Source of the DNA: a virus
IMG/VR virus record: IMGVR_UViG_3300025449_000010
Location: 1-64,000 of that record
Length of the DNA stretch: 64,000 nt
Strand: one strand, 5' to 3'
The position numbers and the translations under genes are program-made. Shown in pieces: positions 41,701 through 50,800 of the stretch. Positions within the stretch are counted from its first letter, which is position 1. Each line of letters opens with the position of its first letter. The notes beneath the pieces are model-generated. The model searched no databases and was not told the DNA's origin. It worked only from the letters and a program-made list of their open reading frames with translations.

Positions 41701-42790
41701 AAGTGGTAATGTCATGTCACTGCTATCATCACAGGGACTAACTCAGATAACAAATGCTCTGTCTAGCATACCTGGCATATCCAGTTTGCTGACTAAATCA
41801 AATACCATACTGGGAGATGTATCTAATTTACTCAATATACCTGGTACCGTAGCTAAACTGATTAACAGTAAGATACCTCTACTTCAGCAGCTAGATACTC
41901 TAATTAACTGTCCCGATCTGTTTGGCTCCATAGGTAAGGCACTGGGTAAAGAGACAGGATTTACTGCTATATCGGATGCTGTTAATAAATTAAATACACA
42001 GACTACACAGATTAATTCGACTGCCGCGAAAATCCTCGATATTCCCCCTGATGGTAATAATCCCATTGCCGCTAGTAATGATAGTACCAGTACCGCCTTC
42101 ACCATGTCAGCTGAGGTAGCAGCTCAAGCATATAATCAACAGGCAGTTAATGCTGCTGCAAGTCTAGATCAACATCCAGCTGTTAATTCCACTGGTCAAT
42201 CTCTACAGGCTGCTAGGTACATGGAACAGCTACCTAGATTCATACAGATAATGAATAGTATAGCCCTGTCTCCTGTTACTGCTGCCCGTGAACTGAATAA
42301 TTACTATCAGCAGGTAGGTATTACACCCAACGACACAGCTGAAAATATAGTCAGCAATATAATAAATGCCACGCAACAGATACCCAGCAGCAGTACCGCT
42401 GTACAGATACCACAATGGCCTGCTGAAATGGCCACGGTGGATGTAATTGGTATGAACACTGGAGTGCTGTCTTTCGGTATGCAGACCATGTTTCGTCCTG
42501 ACACCTACTATCCAGGCAGCGGGATGTCTCTGGTAGTCAATGCCCCCCAATACCTGTATAAGGGCATGACACTGACTATTCAGCAGGATGACACTAACTA
42601 CATGCCCATCACCCTCAACTATACCGTCATAGACTATGACCCCACTACCAACCTGGGAGTAGCTATGCTGACTACTCGCTACACCATACTCAAATCAGTC
42701 GACAGTAATGGGCTAATCTACGAATTAAACGCCTCATGCATAGGCAATACTGTAATACCATATATTACGGATGCCTATATATTTGCCTAA
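38786..42790 (+). CDS. Large virion protein with gp5-like beta-helix repeat segment
   Basis: 1334 aa, Ser/Thr/Asn-rich; ~8-residue periodic His-rich strands (THNVVAVETSTHTSGDHTVQVNNNLTHNVGGD) resembling T4 gp5/VgrG C-terminal repeats. Confidence 0.55.
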   Translation: MSNTFDLSLLSNPNGSVESATANIDWAADSGAPYITPNPAPDSLADKLKTALVGAPVTLDQTMAMLNSAGDANSVTYDTVTSTLQSTSAQADGSNGPQQASTQIIAEVLKALNPQCDLANAATNSISNANSILTDAVTSAQLLGGTLSTNPNSTLNTSNTPSAASTAAAGTLVTTATDPTFTSLPIQASNDTPTVSSTVDTAASAVSSSSSSSIDSQIQVDTSNIQSYLNKSVATATDSLKAMVTALGQVGGTNYTVSNVNIAKHDHSITHVEGSQVSNAYHYEVNSSNHSVQASNYNLISDSIYRTSSQFFEQHDAKVTTVAGDSNSFHGGAHNTNAKTHNVVAVETSTHTSGDHTVQVNNNLTHNVGGDILHTAASISQMSTGNYSIVNGSSYSVNTIVGLNLLGSGDSTSLKASNSTATNTLSTAANAASTLTGNISHNLFSLLGINSTWLNSLGAVSNVLGGGTIHLTDNFNPFSILQGIISVGSLIPTDLIGLLSLANPNILRQIPLLRTLTSDILKGCNKAPASKNSTSKQPTLGTFTGSSATLSNFQSTDPTKTTVNNSTAKSTSSKKPTPGGSPAIDLTSANKNVAINPVGCYNSNPTNIYCEWTLPSSGDSSPANSDNGVVDAVPTLNLSIPDYIRALTGNSTAIAFLSKDANTANKINNYISALNTSLDDAITNYNLPINIRTELEKPYSIGTAGTVELIAILSFLYQNQPLTAVDITEINLTQQGISPSDANIIINLFNGSMAANLLQAANYAISNVNTTIQQAVSPSTTGINAGGGLFGSSNSNSQINIGGYNYSVSNFNLYSQANPTLNLTSPQNLVASVLGDINSLNQTSPVLNALNINPTNYIDQINAITNGDLTSNTIQLTLNSAAASTPQNNTLGLSPQSILVFNAVKDSINQTLSQTYPSSTTNKIVNALGSITLGSAQQDLNSISKLLTSSGIIPSQAISIASKVLPIATTLASGNVMSLLSSQGLTQITNALSSIPGISSLLTKSNTILGDVSNLLNIPGTVAKLINSKIPLLQQLDTLINCPDLFGSIGKALGKETGFTAISDAVNKLNTQTTQINSTAAKILDIPPDGNNPIAASNDSTSTAFTMSAEVAAQAYNQQAVNAAASLDQHPAVNSTGQSLQAARYMEQLPRFIQIMNSIALSPVTAARELNNYYQQVGITPNDTAENIVSNIINATQQIPSSSTAVQIPQWPAEMATVDVIGMNTGVLSFGMQTMFRPDTYYPGSGMSLVVNAPQYLYKGMTLTIQQDDTNYMPITLNYTVIDYDPTTNLGVAMLTTRYTILKSVDSNGLIYELNASCIGNTVIPYITDAYIFA

Positions 42791-42804
42791 CGTTAATATC
42801 CCAT

Positions 42805-43179
42805 ATGCAGCCCATACAGGTCACCTATCCAATACAGTACGGCATATCAATCTACGTAGCTCCCATTGTCAGTGTTACCAGCGGCACTGTCAATCTAACT
42901 ATCCGCTATTCAACCAGTAACCCTGTACTTAACAGTGCCGCCACCTCTAACATCCTCTGGAAGAACAGTTCAGGCCACAGTCCCGGTGGAGTTAGATTTG
43001 ACTACAGTAGGAACAGTCAACTGCCTGCAGGCAGCTACTCCGTATCTGTAACCATTACCAGACAGGATGGACTCAACCTCAGTGGCAGCAGGATCTACAC
43101 CATTGACCAGCCCACCGACAACATAGTAATAGGGTTACCGTATAGCATCTATCCCTCTATTCCCCTAGCACATGCTTGA
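42805..43179 (+). CDS. Hypothetical beta-rich protein
   Basis: Likely ATG at 42805 (ORF track starts at 42736); operon context. Confidence 0.55.
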   Translation: MQPIQVTYPIQYGISIYVAPIVSVTSGTVNLTIRYSTSNPVLNSAATSNILWKNSSGHSPGGVRFDYSRNSQLPAGSYSVSVTITRQDGLNLSGSRIYTIDQPTDNIVIGLPYSIYPSIPLAHA

Positions 43180-43531
43180 CATAGGACTCACTAATGGTGA
43201 TATTGCCATCAGTAATAATGACGTAGTAACAGTCACTGATGTGAATAACTATCTGATGAAATCACTGGGCACACCCCAGGGACTGCTATCTCAACTGGCA
43301 TATGACAACAATGGAAAAATAACTGAGATAGATACCACATATGGGAATGCCATCTTCTCTATGCTCTCAGAACCAATCAGTTACTCCCTGATGAATGACA
43401 TGAGGCAAGCAGTTGTAGATGCTTCACTGGGAGCTGCCACTGACGTTACACTGCAGTTCCTGAATGCTGATACTGTAAACACCACGGTAACTACTAATAC
43501 TGGACTGATTCAATTTGTAGCTAAAGCCTAA
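43172..43531 (+). CDS. Baseplate wedge/sheath-initiator (gp25/GP46-like)
   Basis: 119 aa; DI.L.NGDI, L.TPQG and YGN...LSEP motifs; directly before baseplate J. Confidence 0.7.
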   Translation: MLDIGLTNGDIAISNNDVVTVTDVNNYLMKSLGTPQGLLSQLAYDNNGKITEIDTTYGNAIFSMLSEPISYSLMNDMRQAVVDASLGAATDVTLQFLNADTVNTTVTTNTGLIQFVAKA

Positions 43532-43532
43532 T

Positions 43533-44573
43533 ATGTTAATAGACGATGTAGTAAGTCAGGTAAGAGCAGAACTGGGCACCCTCAAGAGTCCATTGTCTAA
43601 TTTTCCAGATCATGGTAACCTCTGGGCAATAGTCAGAGCACTGGGTAGTGTTGCACAGGATCAATTTCAGGCAACAGCTAGTACCAAGCAGTCCATGTTC
43701 ATTCAATATGCCACCGGCAGTGATTTAGATCTCCATGCTGCTAACTACGGATTGACCAGACTGGGGGGCAGCACTGCCAGGGGATACGTATTAATTAGCC
43801 TTACTGGAAGTAGCACTGTATCTATACCTGCAGGAACTGTAATTACCATAGGTGGTCAGGACTATACCATAAATACAGCATCTACCGTATACAGCAACGT
43901 AGAAATACCTGTGGCATGCACATCTACTAATAAGGGTAGTATATACAATGTAGCAGCAGGACAAGCTGGCTCTATAGCTGGATACCCCAACCTAAGCATA
44001 GTAGTTGGACAGTATAGAACTAAGGGAGTTGCTCAGGTAAATATAGCAGGCGGTATTGATGCTGAAAACGATGCAGCCCTGAGAACGCGAATACTGTCCC
44101 TATTTCAGAGGGGCGCACCCAGTCTACGGTCTCTTATTCTCGACCAGGTAGCTGGTATAAGCAGAGTCAATATAGTAGAACCATCATCTGGTGGAGGCTA
44201 TTTCTGGGTCTATGTAGATAGTAGTGACTACGATACCCTGAATCAGGTTAAAACTGTAGTCAATCAGTATCGTCCTATCGGTATAGCAGCAATTGTCAGT
44301 AGCCTGCAGATAGTTAACTATAATTTCACATTGGCAGTCAGTCTGAGCACTACCACCTCAGTATCTACCTTCGAATCCAATGCCAATAGCACGCTGAGTC
44401 AGTACCTAGCCTCACTAGCCCCAGGTACGTCACTGAGTCTCACTGATCTGACCCTATACATCCAGGGCAGTATCTCCCCCGATATAACTATCAGCAGTGG
44501 ACAGGCAATTAGTCTCAATGCCAATCAGGGTGCCGCCCTGGGTAAAATAACATTCAATATAACCTTCAAATGA
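43533..44573 (+). CDS. Baseplate J-like protein
   Basis: ATGSDLDLHAANYGLTR, IPAGTVI, G..YNVAAG and GGIDAENDAALRTRI. Confidence 0.92.
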   Translation: MLIDDVVSQVRAELGTLKSPLSNFPDHGNLWAIVRALGSVAQDQFQATASTKQSMFIQYATGSDLDLHAANYGLTRLGGSTARGYVLISLTGSSTVSIPAGTVITIGGQDYTINTASTVYSNVEIPVACTSTNKGSIYNVAAGQAGSIAGYPNLSIVVGQYRTKGVAQVNIAGGIDAENDAALRTRILSLFQRGAPSLRSLILDQVAGISRVNIVEPSSGGGYFWVYVDSSDYDTLNQVKTVVNQYRPIGIAAIVSSLQIVNYNFTLAVSLSTTTSVSTFESNANSTLSQYLASLAPGTSLSLTDLTLYIQGSISPDITISSGQAISLNANQGAALGKITFNITFK

Positions 44574-46318
44574 TCAACCCAGGCGGTACGTCTAGAATTA
44601 GTGGACTGAGCATTACTCTCACCCCCACAGGTGGACAGGTAATCTATAATCGTGCTCCCCTGGCTAGTGTAACTGTGGTTGAACCTGACGTCCTGCAGTG
44701 GAATGTAACTCAGGAAGTAAATGTAACCAACTCATCCATCAGCATGGAGGGGAATTACACTGCTCCTGCCAGTACTGTCAGGGGTTGCTACGGCAGGAGT
44801 TCAGGTACCGTCTGGGTAATAGAGTCAGGTACCTATAACTGCTACGGTGAAACCACCATCTATGAATATATACCAGTAGATAATAATGGCTACTTCACCA
44901 GATCAGCCAACTACGGAAACTACAGTAATATCATTACCTATGCCCGTCTACTGGAGGTATCTGCCAACAGCATCACACCCATACTGAGAACATATAGCAT
45001 ACCTCAGGGACTGATATCTAATACCATAGACCTGCCCCTGGACTACACCCATCAGTCCATATCCGTAGAACTACTATATATTCAATTACTAGGACAATAT
45101 CTAGGCGGCACCAGTATTGCCGATACATTAGCACTATTACGTAAGATAGACAGCAACGGTTATCTGTACGATACAGTCTGTGGCTACTATGCCTTGGATC
45201 TTCCCACTGCTGCTACCTTCACACTGGACAACGATGTGCTACAGAGTGGCATAGTCAGTGCAGCATCCAATAACTGGATACCAACAAGCAGCACTGTCAC
45301 CTCTATCACCACCTGGGGATGGCATACCTTCATGCAGTCCACAGCCTGGGACACGACAACCAATTATGATGGCAGTATAGATACGGTGGCTGACCTACTC
45401 TATAATTCCAGCCCAGCCACCACAGCAGAGAGCTGTCTCAAGATACTGGGACTACTGGCCTATAATGATCTGAACGTCACTGAGACCTACATACTGGAAG
45501 CCTACAGGGAGTGGCGGGGATTACTCCTGACCGTGGCTGGTACGTCCACCCCAGATCCCTACACAGCAATGCTGCTCGCATTGGTCTTCTACCTCAACGA
45601 TAGACCTGACCTGGTCAGTCAGATGACAGGCACCATCACTCTCAACACCAGTTCACCTTCCAGCCCCATAACCAATACCGGAGGTACTGCCCTGGTCACC
45701 TATGCCCTGGCATCTGCCTTCATACCTGCAGTTCAGTCCCTCTGGAGTGGCGATTCCAGCTGGACATCCTATGACCTGACCAGGCTATACCCCTGCCACC
45801 GTGGACAACTGCAGTCCCTAGACTTCCAGTATTATCGCATTAATACATGGCTACAGAAGTGGATACCATACGCTAAATACTGGTATACAGTTGGTTCACC
45901 CAATCTGAATGACTTCCTACAGGCAATGGGGCTGATCTATGCCTCCTTCTACCTGTTACTGCAGAATGCTCATCAGGCCATATCAGTGCAGAACTCCTGT
46001 CCCCAGGACAGACTGGCCTGGTCACATCTCTACGGAGTAAATTTAGCCAGTCTCAATACTGAAATACTCAGTATACATGGGGTAGGTACCATGACTGACC
46101 TGCTGAGTATAGTCCCCAGTGCGCAGATAACAGAGGAGACCGCCATGGAGCTAGGGCACTATGTGACTCAGACAACTGGAAATCACCTGGGCAGCAGCAA
46201 CGTAACCATAGGTGTGCCTGACCCCACAGCTGATGTTGTAAATATTATTAACCGCTATCGCCCGCTGGCTACTGTCTGGAATGTAGTCAGCTATATAACT
46301 CTAGGAGCCCTACCATGA
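44570..46318 (+). CDS. Baseplate wedge-associated protein
   Basis: 582 aa after baseplate J; C-terminal L..W..LYG...GT...IINRYRPL resembles P2 gpI/DUF2313-type wedge proteins. Confidence 0.55.
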   Translation: MINPGGTSRISGLSITLTPTGGQVIYNRAPLASVTVVEPDVLQWNVTQEVNVTNSSISMEGNYTAPASTVRGCYGRSSGTVWVIESGTYNCYGETTIYEYIPVDNNGYFTRSANYGNYSNIITYARLLEVSANSITPILRTYSIPQGLISNTIDLPLDYTHQSISVELLYIQLLGQYLGGTSIADTLALLRKIDSNGYLYDTVCGYYALDLPTAATFTLDNDVLQSGIVSAASNNWIPTSSTVTSITTWGWHTFMQSTAWDTTTNYDGSIDTVADLLYNSSPATTAESCLKILGLLAYNDLNVTETYILEAYREWRGLLLTVAGTSTPDPYTAMLLALVFYLNDRPDLVSQMTGTITLNTSSPSSPITNTGGTALVTYALASAFIPAVQSLWSGDSSWTSYDLTRLYPCHRGQLQSLDFQYYRINTWLQKWIPYAKYWYTVGSPNLNDFLQAMGLIYASFYLLLQNAHQAISVQNSCPQDRLAWSHLYGVNLASLNTEILSIHGVGTMTDLLSIVPSAQITEETAMELGHYVTQTTGNHLGSSNVTIGVPDPTADVVNIINRYRPLATVWNVVSYITLGALP

Positions 46319-47277
46319 AAATTACAGTAGCTGGACTGGGTCCACGTGGACTCTCCGTATGTCTCTATGCCCTGTCCAGGGGACTAGAGGTAACTGCCTA
46401 CGATCCCAATCCGCTGGGTACATGGGCGCCGCCCCAGATCCTTCCGCAATTTACCCTGCGTAGTCCATCCACATTCGACCTGGTGACTAACGGTCCAGAT
46501 TCACTGCAGGTCTATTCCCTGCGTACCTATCTGGGCTACCCATCTCCAACTGGATTAACCCAGGAACAACTGGAGACTGATGAGTACAGACCCAGTCGCA
46601 TACAAATGTCTGCCTACCTGAACTGGGTATGGAATCAGATCAGAGATTCCATAGACTGGATACCCACCACCTGTCCCAGCCCTCCCACAGTCATGGCAAT
46701 AGGCTCAGGCATACCGAAGATACCCGTCTGGGCACAGAACACCAGGCTACTGAACCAGATCACCAACAATCCGAATCACACAGGAAGAAGACTGCTGGTG
46801 ATAGGCAGTGGACAGCAGGCAGCTGAGTGGGTAGTTCAGCTGGCTGTCAATAATCAGGTCAGCTGGGTTCATAATCCAGCCCGCTCATCTCTCTATCCAG
46901 TTCCCTCCTATACGGACTGGGGAGAGAAGACTGCACTGGGCAGCCACTACTCCAGTAATCTCAATACCATGCAGCAGGCATTCTACCTGGCAGCTGTCAA
47001 GCAGTGGCAGCCCAGCATCACACCTGAGGTATTGGCTCAACTGGATACAGCAGACTATGAGGATATATCCTCCCAGCAGGCACTCAACATTAACTGGGAT
47101 GCTGTGGTACTGGCAACTGGTCGCCAGACTACCCAGCATGAGCTGCATAACTTCAGGGCATCCAACGGGGTCTACTATACAGGTACCAGCGCCATTAACT
47201 ACGATGGACCCAGACAGGGTAGCCTGATCTCAGCAGGGCCGACTGCTCATTCCATAATCAACAGCTTCATCCTATGA
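46315..47277 (+). CDS. FAD/NAD(P)-dependent oxidoreductase, lysine/ornithine N-hydroxylase-like
   Basis: ITVAGLGPRG (FAD Rossmann), LRSP, LLVIGSGQQAAE (NADPH Rossmann) and AVVLATG. Confidence 0.8.
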   Translation: MKITVAGLGPRGLSVCLYALSRGLEVTAYDPNPLGTWAPPQILPQFTLRSPSTFDLVTNGPDSLQVYSLRTYLGYPSPTGLTQEQLETDEYRPSRIQMSAYLNWVWNQIRDSIDWIPTTCPSPPTVMAIGSGIPKIPVWAQNTRLLNQITNNPNHTGRRLLVIGSGQQAAEWVVQLAVNNQVSWVHNPARSSLYPVPSYTDWGEKTALGSHYSSNLNTMQQAFYLAAVKQWQPSITPEVLAQLDTADYEDISSQQALNINWDAVVLATGRQTTQHELHNFRASNGVYYTGTSAINYDGPRQGSLISAGPTAHSIINSFIL

Positions 47278-47834
47278 CCACCCAGATATTCAGTCCACAG
47301 TCTGATACCCTCAAGGTACTCTCCTTCATACAGAAGGTCAGTCCCAGTATGTACTGGGGGATAGGTGGATTCAACCAACAACCACCAGCCAATCTAAGTC
47401 TCAGTGCCGCCCCCACCAGCGACATGGTATTCCTGCCTGCCTATGAGATACTACCTGCAGCACGCATAGACAGCACAGATCCCTGGTCATCCAGTCAGAA
47501 ACAGCAAGCCCAGACAACGCTAGACAATAGTTGGTATCTCTATAGAGGCATTACTGATACTGACTACCCATATCACTCCAGAGTTAGTCCCAACCTGACC
47601 GCCCCCCTGGTGGCTACTAATACCTACGTTTCAGTTAAGATATCGCCGAATCAACTCCCAGGTGCATTCTCCATCCTGGCACTATTCAGTCATGTGGTAC
47701 TGGGTAGCGCTGTCACTGGAACTAATCCACCCTATAGTGCGGCTAATGTGGTAGACACTGGACTACTGCACTGGATAGGTAGCTATAACAGCACTAGCAT
47801 AACCAATACCACCTACTATCAGCTCTTTCTCTAA
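47274..47834 (+). CDS. Putative baseplate wedge protein (T4 gp8-like)
   Basis: MYWGIG N-terminal strand and YVSVKI...FSILALF; precedes the DUF4815-like gene as in many myoviruses. Confidence 0.5.
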   Translation: MTTQIFSPQSDTLKVLSFIQKVSPSMYWGIGGFNQQPPANLSLSAAPTSDMVFLPAYEILPAARIDSTDPWSSSQKQQAQTTLDNSWYLYRGITDTDYPYHSRVSPNLTAPLVATNTYVSVKISPNQLPGAFSILALFSHVVLGSAVTGTNPPYSAANVVDTGLLHWIGSYNSTSITNTTYYQLFL

Positions 47835-47835
47835 T

Positions 47836-50800
47836 ATGCCTGTCAACACCTACCTCTCCAATCCAATCTATCAGGATAAATATACCCGAGCCAGCGGCTG
47901 GAAGAAACTACTATTCACTCCAGGGGGTACCCTGCAGGCTGGGGAACTGATAGAGCTGCAGTCCATGCTGGCAGATCAGAACAGTCAGCTGATGGAGGCC
48001 ATGTACGCCAATGGAGCTATTCTGAATGGGGTGGTGGGAACTGTCAGCGGCAATACGCTGAAGTTTTCAGCTGGTCAGGTATACTTCTCAGGCTATGTAC
48101 TGGATATTCCCAGTCAATCTATTACACTGCCCGATACCTTATCTCACAATGTATACCTACTAGTTACTGAGACCATCACTGAACAGGTATCGAATAATAC
48201 ACTCAACACCTCTGGATCTGCCGATATACTGGTCTGGAAACCATCAATTCAGCTAGGCAGCGGAGATGCACTGCTAGGTACGATCAATAATGGGATATAT
48301 GTGGCAGCCTCACCTCGTGGACTGATAGATGACCGCATAGGATCATTTCTCCATGATCTCTACGGTAATTATCAGGTCTCAGGACTAGACACCACAGTAG
48401 TCCAGAGCAGTACCCCCACATCCACATCTGTAACCTCATCCGATATAGCACCCCTGCAGTCAGAACTGGCAGCACTCAATACCTACATTACACAGCTGCA
48501 GAATCTGGCCGGCACTAACCTCAATAGCACCACACTGGTATCCAGCCTGAGCACTGAGATAACCCAGAGACAGGCAGATGCCAATGCCCTCAGGATCAGG
48601 ATAGGTGCCCTGCAGTCAGGAGGTACAACACAGCAGATAATCCGGAACAGCGCCAACTTCGATATTAATCCAGGTACCGCCTATATTGGAGGGAAGCTGA
48701 TTACAACCACTGGCACATCCCTGGTAGTCCCGATGGATAATATAGGCTCAGCTGCTGTGACTGGAGCTCAATACAGTGGAGTCAGTGCCGCCAGTCAGAT
48801 AATTAACTTCACACAGACGACTGCTCCCAAGCCTGCCATCAATTTTACCATAACATCTAGTAATGGTGTACTGACCAGTGCCGCCTCTCTCTATGCAGGA
48901 GACGTGGTCTATGCAGTATCCCCCGCAATCAGTCCTCTGACGGTGGGAGTCCCCTATACCATCTCATACCTGAGTAGCGGTACTCTGTCCCTAGCTCAGA
49001 GCGGACTGCCTGCCCTGAAACTACCCAGCGGTGTATATTCGCTGAATAGACCTGCCCAGAACTACCTGCAGTTGTCCTTCGCAGGACTCCCATCAGACCC
49101 CATTATCTCAGCTATCACCATTGCGACCACGGTACAGGGAATACCAGATGCCCTGCAGGATATAGTCAATCTACTGAACGGTCAGACCAGCAGCGCAACT
49201 GTCACCTCATCTGCCACAGATGGTCGCAGCACTGCGGGTATTATAGCCTTGCTGAATGAGCATATGACGCTATCGCTCAATGGTAATGCCCTGGAGATAA
49301 CAGCCAAGCCCGTACCTAATCTGCAAAATATAACACTGAATATCACTACAGCAGGCGGCACCACCTCTGACTGGACATCTGGTAACCTATTCAGAACTGT
49401 ACAGGCATCCTATACCCTGGGATTCCAGCCAGTAATTGAGGTGACCCAGGTACTGGGGGTAGTTCAGGTAACCGGTCAGGCAATGACCAGGGGAGCGCTA
49501 TCTGGTGGTAGAGATTCCATAGGCAGCACCAGCCTGGTGGAACTACTGAGAGTATGGCAGGGCACTACAGTATATGTCCTGGGGGTGGACTATACCCTGT
49601 ACAATACCACCGATATAGACTGGACACGTTCACTCACCTCAGGAAATCAACCTGCACTGGGTTCGACCTACTACATCAGCTATACGCAGAATATTCCCAT
49701 CACCGACTATACACTGAGTAATGGGGCAATTAAGTTTAACAGGCAGGTACCCATATCCTTCACTGTCAACTACAGTTATTCCCTGAATGTAGCTGGACTG
49801 ATCACCCTGGATGCCAGCGGTAATTTCAACTATCTACTATCAGCACCCTCAGCCCAGCCCACAGCACCCGCCACTCCTGACAATGTACTGGCAGTTGCCC
49901 GATTCAACATGAACAGCAGCAGTGTTACAGTAACTGCTGCCACTGAGAGTAAGGCTCTGAGCTACGTACAACTCAATCAGCTGGCAGATACAGTTCAGGC
50001 AACTGCCAGTCAACTGGCCTCTCTGCAGTTACAGATCAGCAGTGGTAACAGCAATGGACTACTACCGATAGTGGCAGACCTATTCCATGACCTCTCGCAG
50101 CTGGACTTCTCCAGTGATAGCTTTACTGCCAGCCTGTCACCTATCACTCAGACAATCACACAGGGCATACAGCATGCCACTATACCTCTCAGAGCATCAG
50201 GTTCGTCAGCCAATCTCAGCAACACTGCTGTAACTAATAGTCAGAATACACGGAGTATATCTCAGCCCCTGAGTGCCAGCTATGCCAGTCAGGTTCGCAT
50301 ATACTCTACCGATGCCAATCAATTCATCTGCTCAACTGATGGATTCTATCCCTGTGACCAGATATCTCCTCAGACCAGTGATATATCATCTCAGGTTCTC
50401 TCCGCTGTCACCAATCTCTGGGGCGGCGCCGCCCTCTCCATAGCAGATGGAATAACACAGGGAATACCCTACCGTAATTTCTCTGCCAGTAGGGGCTATA
50501 TTACCTCGCTATCTCAGGCAACTGCACCCAGAACAGTGGTCAACATACGTCTGGAGGAACTGCATAATCAGCCCTACAGCTTCACATGGCGTGGAAACCC
50601 TGTCTCCCTGGGCAGTGCCCTATACGGTAGCTTCGATATCATCACCAATCCAACACTGGACGTAGTGACTGGGTTCTTCAAATCCAATGGACTGTTACCA
50701 TCATCCAGCAGTGGCTGGAGCATCAGTGATGGGGTCATTGCAGGTAAATTCTACATACCTGCAGGTACACCCCCAGGAAACTACGCACTGCAGGTAAGTG

